The notes beneath the pieces were generated by a model, which had not been told where the DNA came from, made no database searches, and saw only the letters and a program-made list of their open reading frames with translations. A stretch of DNA of 64,000 nucleotides, from positions 792,730 through 856,729 of the forward strand of contig OZ255710.1 in NCBI GenBank assembly GCA_965277105.1, read 5' to 3'. The translations under genes were made by a program, and so were the position numbers. This document shows positions 17,672 to 26,169 of this stretch, piece by piece. The stretch is from Spirochaetota bacterium (GTDB lineage Bacteria; Spirochaetota; UBA12135; COTS27; CAXSBA01). The first letter of the stretch is position 1. Each line of letters begins with the position of its first letter.

Positions 17672-17846
17672 ATTCTTTTTTAGTTTCTAATTGCTTATTT
17701 ATAATGATTTTTTCTTGCTCGAATATTTCTTTTTTCCGTTCGGCCAATTCGCTCGTTTTATCTCGACTAAAAAAAAGGTAGGTGCCACTTATCCCCAAAA
17801 TAGCACCCACCAAAAAGGCTATAATGATAATCTTATAGCCCCGCAC
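17598..17846 (-). CDS. N-terminally anchored coiled-coil protein (i-spanin-like architecture)
   Basis: 82 aa. TM helix IIIIAFLVGAILGISGTYLFF is followed by a charged helical segment. Its position is distal in the lysis cassette. Confidence 0.35.
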   Translation of the reverse strand: MRGYKIIIIAFLVGAILGISGTYLFFSRDKTSELAERKKEIFEQEKIIINKQLETKKEFENEAIIISESNYIVTISNNVITW

Positions 17847-18168
17847 GTTTTTCTCTCCTTAGAAAAAAATCATCGAGGGTTTTTAAAAAACTACCGTCGG
17901 CGACTGTCCTCGTCGTTACTCTTAAAAGCCAAATCCCACTCAAAGCAATTAAATTATATTTCTCTATATCTTTAATAAATCCAGTTACTCGATTATGCCG
18001 CCCCCCAGTCCAAACCCCGCCTTCGAACTCAATCGCTAACTTGTATTTTTCGACATAATAATCTATTCTAAATTTTCTATTATCTAAGAATTTATACTCT
18101 TTCGTGTAATCAATTTTTTTTTGTTTAAAATAGTTTTCTATAAGTAGTTTTGCTAAATCGGAGTTCAT
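17833..18168 (-). CDS. Small Vsr/DUF559-like PD-(D/E)xK-fold endonuclease-like protein
   Basis: FRIDYYVEKYKLAIEFEGGVWTGGRHNRVTGFIKDIEKYNLIALSGIWLLRV follows the D...(I/V)E.(D/E)G...H...D.(R/K)...L...G..(L)R pattern of DUF559/Vsr-type nucleases. Confidence 0.45.
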   Translation of the reverse strand: MNSDLAKLLIENYFKQKKIDYTKEYKFLDNRKFRIDYYVEKYKLAIEFEGGVWTGGRHNRVTGFIKDIEKYNLIALSGIWLLRVTTRTVADGSFLKTLDDFFLRREKRAGL

Positions 18169-18181
18169 TTTTTTACCGTTA

Positions 18182-18532
18182 TCAATTAATGTCTTTCGCT
18201 TCTAATTTTTTCACTCGCACTCCCTTTTTCTTAAAAAAAGAACTAAGGACTTTAATTAAATCGTCATCACTAATATTAAGGCTTATTCTTAAAACCGTTA
18301 TCCCTTCTTCAGCAAAAAGATTATCTTTTCTATAATTGCTTTTTTTATTTACCTCAATTTTCCCATTGATATTTTTCCCTATCATAATCTCAATAGCCGT
18401 TTTGTATTGATGAAGGTAAAAATCAGTTTTATACTTTACGCTACTAGTAAACAAATAATCAAAAACATAAGGTATGCTATTTTTGCTGAAATACTTTCTT
18501 ATTTTATTTTTTAATTTTCTAACTTTTATCAT
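18182..18532 (-). CDS. Second small DUF559-like protein (possibly degenerate active site)
   Basis: KTDFYLHQYKTAIEIMIG...YRKDNLFAEEGITVLRI has the same spacing as the neighbour. It lacks the (D/E)G after the IE, and its tail is basic. Confidence 0.35.
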   Translation of the reverse strand: MIKVRKLKNKIRKYFSKNSIPYVFDYLFTSSVKYKTDFYLHQYKTAIEIMIGKNINGKIEVNKKSNYRKDNLFAEEGITVLRISLNISDDDLIKVLSSFFKKKGVRVKKLEAKDIN

Positions 18533-18771
18533 TTTTTTTTATTTATAATGTTTTTTAAAAATCCCGTCTTCTCCACCGTGTCGGCTCCGATCCACGCCCC
18601 AATTAAAAGGCACAACGGGCTAATGATTATCTCATAAAACTCATTTAACGCCTTTGACTTATCGAACAAATCCAGCCCCACTAAAACAAAGTTATAAACC
18701 ATCCCGCCGACTAAAATACTCGTAACCATCAAAGCAACGCTAAACCTTTTCCAGCTTTTTTTATTTTCCAT
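18529..18771 (-). CDS. Holin-like two-TM protein
   Basis: 80 aa with two hydrophobic helices (FSVALMVTSILVGGMVYNFVLVGL; IIISPLCLLIGAWIG) and a basic C-terminus. It lies immediately downstream of the endolysin and its stop overlaps the next gene. Confidence 0.45.
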   Translation of the reverse strand: MENKKSWKRFSVALMVTSILVGGMVYNFVLVGLDLFDKSKALNEFYEIIISPLCLLIGAWIGADTVEKTGFLKNIINKKK

Positions 18772-18789
18772 TTTTTAAACTCCTTATTT

Positions 18790-19269
18790 TTAGACGTTCC
18801 AATTTTTGTATTTTGTCATTCCGTTTTCTCGATACGCCCTTAAAATCTCTTTTCGATTATTTCCCGAAGTAAAACTTACATGAACCCAGGCAGGATTTTT
18901 ATCATTTCCAAATTCCCAGATTAGTTGGTCGAAATCCAGCTCGTCTTTTATCGTGTTGAAAATATCCGCGTTGGTTAAAACCGATTTTTTATTATCCATA
19001 TCAATGTCGATAGCTTCGCCTTTACAGTGCTGACTTTTAGTGCTCCCGCCAATGGCCGCGTTAAGGACCGGACTACGATACCCGCTGCTAATGAAAATCG
19101 GCACTTCGCACAGTTTTCGTAACGGCTGAAAAAGATATTTTGCTAAATATGATAAATTAGCCAGTGCTTCCTTTGTAGGATAATTATCAATCCCTAATCG
19201 TAAGGCAGTAGTTGATTTTATAGCTTCCCCCAGGCTTAAATTTTCCGAGAGTTTCATCGCTTTCATCAT
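18790..19269 (-). CDS. Peptidase M15A-type cell-wall hydrolase (endolysin)
   Basis: SGYRSPVLNAAIGGSTKSQHCKGEAIDI ... NPAWVHVSF matches the H-x6-D...H zinc triad and surrounding motif of M15 (VanY / L-Ala-D-Glu peptidase-like) phage lysins. Confidence 0.8.
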   Translation of the reverse strand: MMKAMKLSENLSLGEAIKSTTALRLGIDNYPTKEALANLSYLAKYLFQPLRKLCEVPIFISSGYRSPVLNAAIGGSTKSQHCKGEAIDIDMDNKKSVLTNADIFNTIKDELDFDQLIWEFGNDKNPAWVHVSFTSGNNRKEILRAYRENGMTKYKNWNV

Positions 19270-19442
19270 CTAAACCACGCTCCTAAAAACTGAAGCACGC
19301 TCCCTTTTGCTATTAACTTTTCTCCTAAGGCCAAAAGCAAAATAGCAATTAAAATATTTATCTTGTGATTAATCTTTCTATTCAGCCTATGGTATTTTTT
19401 CATGGCGCTCATTTCACGGTTGGTTTTCAGATGAAAATTCAT
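19266..19442 (-). CDS. Small single-TM protein, paralog of 19482..19733 (not in supplied ORF track, 58 aa)
   Basis: Hand translation: MNFHLKTNREMSAMKKYHRLNRKINHKINILIAILLLALGEKLIAKGSVLQFLGAWFR. Its TGA overlaps the endolysin ATG (ATGA). The C-terminal 45 aa align with MVNKYDRLNNKLNILIVVLVLSLGENLGVLKFLGALFKL. Confidence 0.5.
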   Translation of the reverse strand: MNFHLKTNREMSAMKKYHRLNRKINHKINILIAILLLALGEKLIAKGSVLQFLGAWFR

Positions 19443-19481
19443 AGTAGATTTTTTTTTTCAACTTTAAAGGCCTGGTTATTT

Positions 19482-19733
19482 TCATAATTTAAACAACGCC
19501 CCTAAAAACTTCAACACCCCCAAGTTTTCCCCTAAAGACAAAACTAAAACCACGATTAAAATGTTGAGCTTGTTGTTGAGCCTATCGTACTTGTTAACCA
19601 TGGCTAATATCTTTCGCTCGTTTTCTTTTATCCTATCCATCGCCCCAGTGGAGCCGTTGCCGTAAAGGTCGTGCTTGATTGTCTGCACGTCTTCTTTGAT
19701 TTTGGCATTGGTTCGTTTGGTTGGATTAGTCAT
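19482..19733 (-). CDS. Small single-TM protein (holin/antiholin-like candidate)
   Basis: 83 aa. A hydrophilic N-terminal half is followed by the TM helix LNILIVVLVLSL. It lies between the tail fibre and the endolysin, and its paralog is immediately downstream. Confidence 0.45.
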   Translation of the reverse strand: MTNPTKRTNAKIKEDVQTIKHDLYGNGSTGAMDRIKENERKILAMVNKYDRLNNKLNILIVVLVLSLGENLGVLKFLGALFKL

Positions 19734-19736
19734 TTT

Positions 19737-20934
19737 TTAGCGGTATTTTATGAAAGCGCAGAGCTGGACGCTTTTCGGGCGGGTTTCGCTGGAGCCTTCG
19801 CTACTAGTATTTCTTGTTTCACCACTATTAAAATCAGTGTCGTCAAAATTCACAAAAAGTTGTTGTGCATATGGCCCTCTATTTTGTCTAAAAACTTTAA
19901 CTTCATGATTATGCTCTTCAAACGTATCTTTCTGATAATAAAGAATATTGAAATAACCCCTATTCGGATCCACTCCTTGCCCTTCGTCTAAGGCCCTAAA
20001 AAAAAGCCCTTGAAAGTTCGGCAGGCGGAATTTCTTTTGTCCGTTTACGGATTGAATTCTAAAATATCTATTATAGATGTAACCTGAATTATAACTACCA
20101 TTAAAAATACTATCTGTAATATCTTGACTGTGTCTATAAATCGCAGTACTGATAGCACCTCCCCCTGTCCCTAGCCCTGTTTCTACTATAATTTTATTAT
20201 CCGCATTATGTTGCGACAATATCCAATCATACAAATCTAAATAAGCAGAATTATCAACAGCGTCATAAACAGTTCGTCCGTCTAGTTTTAAATAATTAGG
20301 TGGTCGTAAAGTAGTTGGGAAATAGGCTATTTGCCCGATGTCCTCCTTGTTCCTCGTTTCTAAATCATTTATCCTTTGCTCTAAACGATTAATCAATTCG
20401 CTATTGTTGTCATCGACTACTTTTATCTGCTCTTCAACTCCCTGTATCGTGGTGTCGTTGATAGTTTTTATATTATTTTTAATGCTCTCTACTTGGTTAT
20501 TTATTCCTGGGATTTTCGTGGTGTTGATGGTGCTTATCTGGCTATTTATCCAATGGATTTTATTTTCATTAATGTCTTTTATGGCATCTTGGTTGCTGGT
20601 TATTTTTTGGTTAATTCCCGGGATTTTATTGTCAACTACTTTTATTTTATTTTCAATCTCCGGCACCTTGGTGTCGTTGAGATTTTTTAGGTTGTTTTTA
20701 ATCTCCGGGATTTTTTCATCAAAAATTTCATCCCTTTCGCTCTTAAAGTATTTGCTCCACTTTTGGACTTTCTCCATCATCCCGTTAAACTCCTTGGCGC
20801 TTAAGGCCTGCCCTTCTCTAAAGCCTTCTTTGCGGATAGCTTCACTGAGGTCGGTTTTTTTGTCGTCGGGGAGGTTGTCCGCCGAAAATGTCGACGGTGT
20901 CGCTCGGGGGTTTAATTTCGTTGTCGTTGGTCAT
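19737..20934 (-). pseudogene. Tail fibre paralog 2 (collar-domain C-terminus) with N-terminal frameshift
   Basis: The ORF-track product starts at internal MMEKVQKW (20780). Upstream, ATG 20934 encodes MTNDNEIKPPSDTVDIFG, then one extra C (cc at 20879..20880, against gttgtcgccgaaaat in fibre 1) shifts the frame. The shifted frame reads DNLPDDKKTDLSEAIRKEGFREGQALSAKEFNG, homologous to fibre 1. The C-terminus is GQIAYFPT...SSETRPKSVQLCAFIKYR. Confidence 0.65.
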
Positions 20935-21014
20935 TCATTATCTCCTTTTTTTTTACAATATTTTTCTTAATTTTTTTCCTTAATTTTTTTTTTATTTTTA
21001 TAATTCATCTCATT

Positions 21015-21971
21015 TTAGCGGTATCTGATGAAAGCACAAAGCTGGATGTTTTTCGGGCGGGTTTCGCTGGAGCCGTTATATTGGGAATAATGTCTATCGT
21101 TACTATCAGTAGGAAATCCTTGCTTTAAATTTGTCGCGATTAATGACTGATAATGAGTATCAGAAGCTATTGAATCTCCATCTATAGGCAACTCATGCCT
21201 ATGACTTTTAAACGTATCGCCTCGATACCATAAAATCTTTTCATTAGCTCCATCTGGGTTTACTCCTTGCCCTTCTTCGAGAACCCTAAGAAAAACTCCT
21301 TGAAAATTAGGCACCTTGAACTTTTTTTCACCATTTGCTATTTGAACTCTAAAATGTTTATTGTCTGTTGAGTTAGATGAAAAAGTGGAATGAGTAATAT
21401 CTGTCGCAAAATGTTTAAGAGCATTTGAAATACTTTGTCTGCCTGTCGATATTAATATCTTATTATTCGCGCTATGCTCGCTCATTATCCAGTTGAATAA
21501 ATCCAAATACTCGGGGTTAGCCACCGCATCATACACCGTCTGCCCGTCGAGTTTGAGATAATTAGCCGGCGTTTTAACTGTCGGGAAATAAGCAATCTGG
21601 CCGATGTCGCGTTTAATCTTTTGCTCTAAATCACGCATTCGCTCTTCTAAACTATTTTTGTTTTCATCGATTATTTCCTTGTAATCGTCGATGAGCGTCC
21701 TATTTTCATTGATTAACCTTTTGTTCTCATCGGTTACATTTTTGTGGTTGTCGATAAGTGCTTTATTGCTTTTTGCTGTATTTTCTATTCGCTGCTTTTC
21801 ACTTTCTAGCCACTTAACCCACTTTTGGGTTTTCTCCATCAGCCCGTTAAAGTCTTTGGCGGTTAAGGCCTGCCCTTCTCTAAAGCCTTCTTTGCGGATA
21901 GCTTCACTGAGGTCGGTTTTTTTGTCGCTAGGGAGGTTGTCGCCGAAAATGTCGTCGGGGGTTTTTGTCAT
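21015..21971 (-). CDS. Tail fibre protein with phage tail-collar-type C-terminal domain
   Basis: N-terminal attachment region, coiled coil, then IGQIAYFPTVKTPANYLKLDGQTVYDAVANPEYLDLFNWI and the terminal SSETRPKNIQLCAFIRYR, typical of collar-domain fibres. Confidence 0.7.
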   Translation of the reverse strand: MTKTPDDIFGDNLPSDKKTDLSEAIRKEGFREGQALTAKDFNGLMEKTQKWVKWLESEKQRIENTAKSNKALIDNHKNVTDENKRLINENRTLIDDYKEIIDENKNSLEERMRDLEQKIKRDIGQIAYFPTVKTPANYLKLDGQTVYDAVANPEYLDLFNWIMSEHSANNKILISTGRQSISNALKHFATDITHSTFSSNSTDNKHFRVQIANGEKKFKVPNFQGVFLRVLEEGQGVNPDGANEKILWYRGDTFKSHRHELPIDGDSIASDTHYQSLIATNLKQGFPTDSNDRHYSQYNGSSETRPKNIQLCAFIRYR

Positions 21972-21986
21972 TAGTTTATCCTTTGA

Positions 21987-22682
21987 TTAAAAATCTTTTT
22001 CATGCAGAGTGAAGCCTAGTTTTAAACCAAAACCAGGATTTCGACCAAATAAAAAAGTTTTTTCTAAACCATAGTCGATCCTCATCTTGTTTTTCCCTAA
22101 ATTAAAACTATAAAGTAACTCGTAATGTTCTTGTAAATAACTTATCTCATTTCTAGTTGCGGGTTCTCCATTTTTTTCAATCTCTGCTGTAGTTTCTAAA
22201 TCAAAAAAAACAAATAGCACCATATCGGAAAAAATAAAAAAATTAAACTTTTCGTTTAACTCAAGCACTTTACTAAGTTCAACAAAAGCATTATAGGTGA
22301 AGTCGTCATAAATTGATGAGATCTTGGCTAATAAAATTAACCGGTAAGAATTATCCTTACTTCGCTTTTTTTCGTCACTGTCGCTTGCTAGTAACATATG
22401 CGACGATATGCGAGGTATTTCTAAAAGCTCCCCAAAATAATCCAACCACTTCCCCTTAGCGGTGGTGATGTTATTGTAAAACTGTAAATTTTCAACTTCC
22501 CCGTTTGACTCGTTAGAGAAACTATCCAGTTGATTATGCGCATCCCTTCTTCCTTCACGAAGCTCATCTTTTATTACCTCACTCGACAAGTGCCGGGCTA
22601 TTTTCTCAAATACAGAAAGCCATATTTTCCCTTGGCCTTCTAGACCAACCAACTGATTAATATTCGTTAATTTTTTACTCAT
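21987..22682 (-). CDS. Baseplate/tail protein (P2 gpI / Mu gp48-like position)
   Basis: 231 aa, directly after and overlapping the baseplate J-like gene. The call rests on position and size only. Confidence 0.4.
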   Translation of the reverse strand: MSKKLTNINQLVGLEGQGKIWLSVFEKIARHLSSEVIKDELREGRRDAHNQLDSFSNESNGEVENLQFYNNITTAKGKWLDYFGELLEIPRISSHMLLASDSDEKKRSKDNSYRLILLAKISSIYDDFTYNAFVELSKVLELNEKFNFFIFSDMVLFVFFDLETTAEIEKNGEPATRNEISYLQEHYELLYSFNLGKNKMRIDYGLEKTFLFGRNPGFGLKLGFTLHEKDF

Positions 22683-23997
22683 TTGATTCTTCTTCTTCTG
22701 CTGCTGCTGCTTGTTCTGCTTCTGTTTCTGCTTCTGCTTGTTCTTTTTGCTTAACTTTAATTAATTTTTCATTATAATAAAGCTCAATATTGTCCATATC
22801 AATGATGGCGATTTTATTAAAAAGCAACTGCACGGAAAAGTCGTCACCCCAATCGGTAATATCAGATGCTTTCTTAATGAAAATATTAAACAAGCTAAAG
22901 CCTTTTAAAAAAGTTAGTCGTTCTTGGAGGTATTTGGAAATCTCGAAGTTACTAATAAGTTCCCCGGTTCTTTTATCGAGTAAAAAGCGGTTTATCTCGG
23001 TGTAAATATTTTCGAGGAGATTTTTCTTATTCCTCTCGCTAATTTCTCTCGCGTCAATCTTAAACTTTAACGGCTCATTAGTTGGTTTGACCACGTAAAA
23101 AGATATGGGATTACCGTTAAATTTACCACCAATTTCAATGGCATTATCCGGCTTGTACCACTTGATATTAGGAGATGTGTTGTGCAAAATGGCCTCCCAA
23201 ATTTCCTTCTTCACTCCCTCTTCTATAGAAGATTTCTCTTCCACGTTGTCATCGATAATCACCGCCGTTTGATTAAACGGAACGCCAGTGGTGCTTTCTT
23301 CATTAATGCTTTCATCGCTATAGTTGAAAAATACTTTAGCGTACTTGATATTAGCAATTTTATTCAGCTCTTGCTCGAGTCTCGTTACGCTTAAAACCGA
23401 CGGGTAAGTTTTTTTAACCCGCTCCCTTAGCTCTTCATCGCTTTCTGCGTCTCTACCAAACAAAGCCGACAAAGGGTTAGTCACACTTGCTATTGCGCCA
23501 CTAGGGTCTTTATCGATTTCCGTCAAAGTGTTGGCAAAAACATTTTTATTCGCTCCTGGTTTTTCGCTTCGAAAACTCACCTTCTTCACTCCTGAATTAT
23601 CAGTAATGACAAAATCTTCATCGCTAATAAAAAAGTTTTCTCCGTCACTTACTCTCACAGGATTGTTCGTCGTAAAATCATAAGCGGCATTTTTATCTTT
23701 AAAGGTTAGTTCCATCGTCACCTTACTAGGTTTAGCTTTTAACCGGTCAATTGACTTTAACAACGCTAGGTTGTTTAACGAATTATCCCTTGCTTCATTG
23801 ACGTTAAACGAGGCCCGGACTTTATTCATTTGCAGATAAATATTATAAGTCCAATCGGCAATGAAGTTAGCGATAATGTGGTCATTGGAGTAAGGGATTA
23901 TATCTATCTTATTGTCGCGAGCTAGCTCAATTATTTCTTCTAATAATTCTTCTTTGGTGGGCAGTTCAAACCCTTTTTCCGTAAATCTATTTTTCAT
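22675..23997 (-). CDS. Baseplate J-like wedge protein
   Basis: 440 aa. The N-terminus FTEKGFELPTKEELLEEII resembles J-family starts. It follows a gp25/W-like gene with an overlapping stop/start. The acidic tail EQAEAETEAEQAAAAEEEE is unusual. Confidence 0.55.
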   Translation of the reverse strand: MKNRFTEKGFELPTKEELLEEIIELARDNKIDIIPYSNDHIIANFIADWTYNIYLQMNKVRASFNVNEARDNSLNNLALLKSIDRLKAKPSKVTMELTFKDKNAAYDFTTNNPVRVSDGENFFISDEDFVITDNSGVKKVSFRSEKPGANKNVFANTLTEIDKDPSGAIASVTNPLSALFGRDAESDEELRERVKKTYPSVLSVTRLEQELNKIANIKYAKVFFNYSDESINEESTTGVPFNQTAVIIDDNVEEKSSIEEGVKKEIWEAILHNTSPNIKWYKPDNAIEIGGKFNGNPISFYVVKPTNEPLKFKIDAREISERNKKNLLENIYTEINRFLLDKRTGELISNFEISKYLQERLTFLKGFSLFNIFIKKASDITDWGDDFSVQLLFNKIAIIDMDNIELYYNEKLIKVKQKEQAEAETEAEQAAAAEEEESNE

Positions 23998-24289
23998 TAG
24001 TTATCGTCTCCACTTTTAGGGGAATGCTGTTGATTTTTAAGTCAATGATTAATTTATTTTCTTGGTTCTTAATATCAATAATTTCCGCTTCCACGATCTC
24101 CTCATCGTTTAGTAAAAAATCCTTAATATCCTTTTCAATATAAAACTCGTTAAGCGGGTTATGAAAATATTTGAACCAATCAAAACCTAAATTATCATTA
24201 CTTAAACAATCCCCTTTTTTAATTTTTAAGCGGTTAATCACCCGCTCTTGTAGTTGTTCTTTTTCATTTAATAAATAACTGTTAAACAT
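23987..24289 (-). CDS. gpW/gp25-like baseplate wedge protein
   Basis: 100 aa. The size, its position before the J-like gene, and the pattern RLKIKKGDCLSNDNLGFDW...IKDFLLNDEEI fit the GPW_gp25 pattern. Confidence 0.5.
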   Translation of the reverse strand: MFNSYLLNEKEQLQERVINRLKIKKGDCLSNDNLGFDWFKYFHNPLNEFYIEKDIKDFLLNDEEIVEAEIIDIKNQENKLIIDLKINSIPLKVETITNEK

Positions 24290-24355
24290 TTTTTTTTGCT
24301 ACTTTTTTTTTATTGTTCGATTTTTTATTGTTCGATTATTAATCATTTGATTTTT

Positions 24356-24661
24356 TTAACCGGTAATTTTTATATCGATAGTCCCCTGAACAGGTCCACT
24401 AGGAGCGGTTAACACGTAGATAGCGGTTATATCCATTTTCTTTACTTCGGCAATAATCGCATCGGCCATTTTTTGGATATACACATCATTAGTAATGGGA
24501 TCATCCGCAGGTTCTTTTTTTTCTTCTTCTTCTTCCCGCTTTTCTCCTTTTTCTTCGACGTCTTTCTTGGCTTTTTCTTCTGATTTTCCTCGGTCTTCCT
24601 CAGCAGCCTTTTTAAAAGCAGTTTTAATGGCTCCAGCTAAGGTACTAGCATTCATTGGCAT
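24356..24661 (-). CDS. Hypothetical acidic tail/baseplate protein
   Basis: 101 aa with a Glu/Lys-rich centre and a conserved-looking C-terminal beta segment (TAPSGPVQGTIDIKITG). No function is recognisable. Confidence 0.3.
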   Translation of the reverse strand: MPMNASTLAGAIKTAFKKAAEEDRGKSEEKAKKDVEEKGEKREEEEEKKEPADDPITNDVYIQKMADAIIAEVKKMDITAIYVLTAPSGPVQGTIDIKITG

Positions 24662-24684
24662 AATTTTTTTCTCCTTTATTATTT

Positions 24685-25200
24685 TTATTTTTTATCTAAA
24701 AGTTGTTGTAATTTTTGTTTTAATCCTATGACGTTAGTAATATTATGGGGCATGATATTTTGCGGGCCCATTTGGGTTAAAACTTGATTGTCTTTCATCG
24801 CATCTAAAATCCCTTCCAATATAGCAAGCAAACTTTGCCCACCAGCGCTTATGGCGATTTTTCCATTTTCTTTTAGATGAATACTGACATCTTCTTTCAT
24901 GAGCTTAATCCCTTTTTCATAAGCCATATCAATTTTCCCCATAATGAAACTGTTATGATAATTCTCTTTAAAGAAAAACTCCTGGTCAGTTAGGCTGTCT
25001 TCTAAGGGATAACCGGCTAGGGCCACCACCACGATGTCATCTTTTTCGTAGTTGAAAACGATAGAATTATCCGCTCCTGCGGCCATCAAAGCCCTTACTC
25101 CTTTGACGATGCCCAACTTGCCCTCGCTATCTTTCAAGAGCGGCTGCACGTCATAGGTGCCGTCTTCGTTATTTGCGGTAATTTGCCCTTTATAAAACAT
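24685..25200 (-). CDS. Baseplate spike/assembly protein V-like (OB-fold)
   Basis: The likely start is MFYKGQITANNEDGTYDVQPLL (ATG 25200), not 25239. The G.V...D....V.V......G......V and DDIVVVALAG pattern resembles gpV/gp45 N-domains. Confidence 0.45.
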   Translation of the reverse strand: MFYKGQITANNEDGTYDVQPLLKDSEGKLGIVKGVRALMAAGADNSIVFNYEKDDIVVVALAGYPLEDSLTDQEFFFKENYHNSFIMGKIDMAYEKGIKLMKEDVSIHLKENGKIAISAGGQSLLAILEGILDAMKDNQVLTQMGPQNIMPHNITNVIGLKQKLQQLLDKK

Positions 25201-25912
25201 ACAACAACTGGTAGCTAATTTGCCCCTTATAAAATACACTAACGATTTTATGGATAATCCCCGAGTACGGCCCCTCTAACTTTTGCATTAACGAAAAGTC
25301 TTTGATGCCTTGACTGGCAATCATCCGATAATTATTACTCATTTTTTTCATTTCTTCTCCTCGATCAAAAAAAGCCAATTGCTCTCCTTTTTCTTCCACT
25401 CCCTCATAGGATAGGAACTCGTAAATGCTACTGACTTTGTTCGTGGTCGTGTGGGTATTCGTAACCTCGACCCGATTTTTATTCCAAACCCAGATCATCT
25501 TCAATGGCCAAAAAACCTCATTTAATAGTTTTTTAATTTGAATTTTGCACGGGATGTGATAATTCACCCGCGCTTTATCTTCTCCATAACTCACCACTTC
25601 GACCTCGCTAAATACCTGAGAAAAATTACTATCCTTTTTAATAAAAAAGTTTTTCACGTTATCATATAGCGGATAATCCAAATAACCCCAGATATAAAAC
25701 TTTTTATTTTCAATATAAAAACGGTTGATTTTAAAAGTGAATTTATTAATAGTAACGATGCTACGTTCCTTAAAAATCTGGTAACTATTTTTGGGATTTA
25801 AAATCTCCACTTTGGCGATATTCCTCCCCAGACTTTCAATTATCTCAAAATTAAAATCCGCCTCACTCAGGTCGTGGGTGCGATTATTATTATTAATCGT
25901 AAAGAGCATCAC
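25190..25912 (-). CDS. Hypothetical baseplate hub-region protein
   Basis: 240 aa. Coding is supported by operon context and start/stop overlaps. No motif is recognised. Confidence 0.3.
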   Translation of the reverse strand: MMLFTINNNNRTHDLSEADFNFEIIESLGRNIAKVEILNPKNSYQIFKERSIVTINKFTFKINRFYIENKKFYIWGYLDYPLYDNVKNFFIKKDSNFSQVFSEVEVVSYGEDKARVNYHIPCKIQIKKLLNEVFWPLKMIWVWNKNRVEVTNTHTTTNKVSSIYEFLSYEGVEEKGEQLAFFDRGEEMKKMSNNYRMIASQGIKDFSLMQKLEGPYSGIIHKIVSVFYKGQISYQLLYVL

Positions 25913-26142
25913 TAGTTTCGCCTATCTCCAAACTCCAGCATCCCATCACTGGTAACGCCCTTTAAATAAAGCAAACCAAAAAATACCGATACCCCCTTGC
26001 GGACAAAATCCCCTTGAACAAAAACGCCGTTGCGGTAGAGGAGGAAGTAGTAGTCGTTATGGATTTCTCTAATCTCCAAGTCGTAGTATTCATTCCCGTT
26101 TTTTACTGGGTAACGGGTTCCCGGTTTAAGTTTTACTGTCAT
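25912..26142 (-). CDS. Hypothetical small tail protein
   Basis: 76 aa. Its stop abuts the next start (25912). Position matches gpU/X-type small proteins, but no motif is recognised. Confidence 0.3.
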   Translation of the reverse strand: MTVKLKPGTRYPVKNGNEYYDLEIREIHNDYYFLLYRNGVFVQGDFVRKGVSVFFGLLYLKGVTSDGMLEFGDRRN

Positions 26143-26169
26143 GCCTGATGTTTTCCTTAGTTCAATAAT

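Noticed and set aside
20338-21990. Plus-strand ORFs 20338..20970 (210 aa), 20493..20690 and 21691..21990.
   Set aside because: They are antisense to the two tail-fibre genes. Their low-complexity Leu/Ser/Phe-rich translations are typical of the reverse frame of Lys/Asn/Glu-rich coiled coils, and they have no independent signals.
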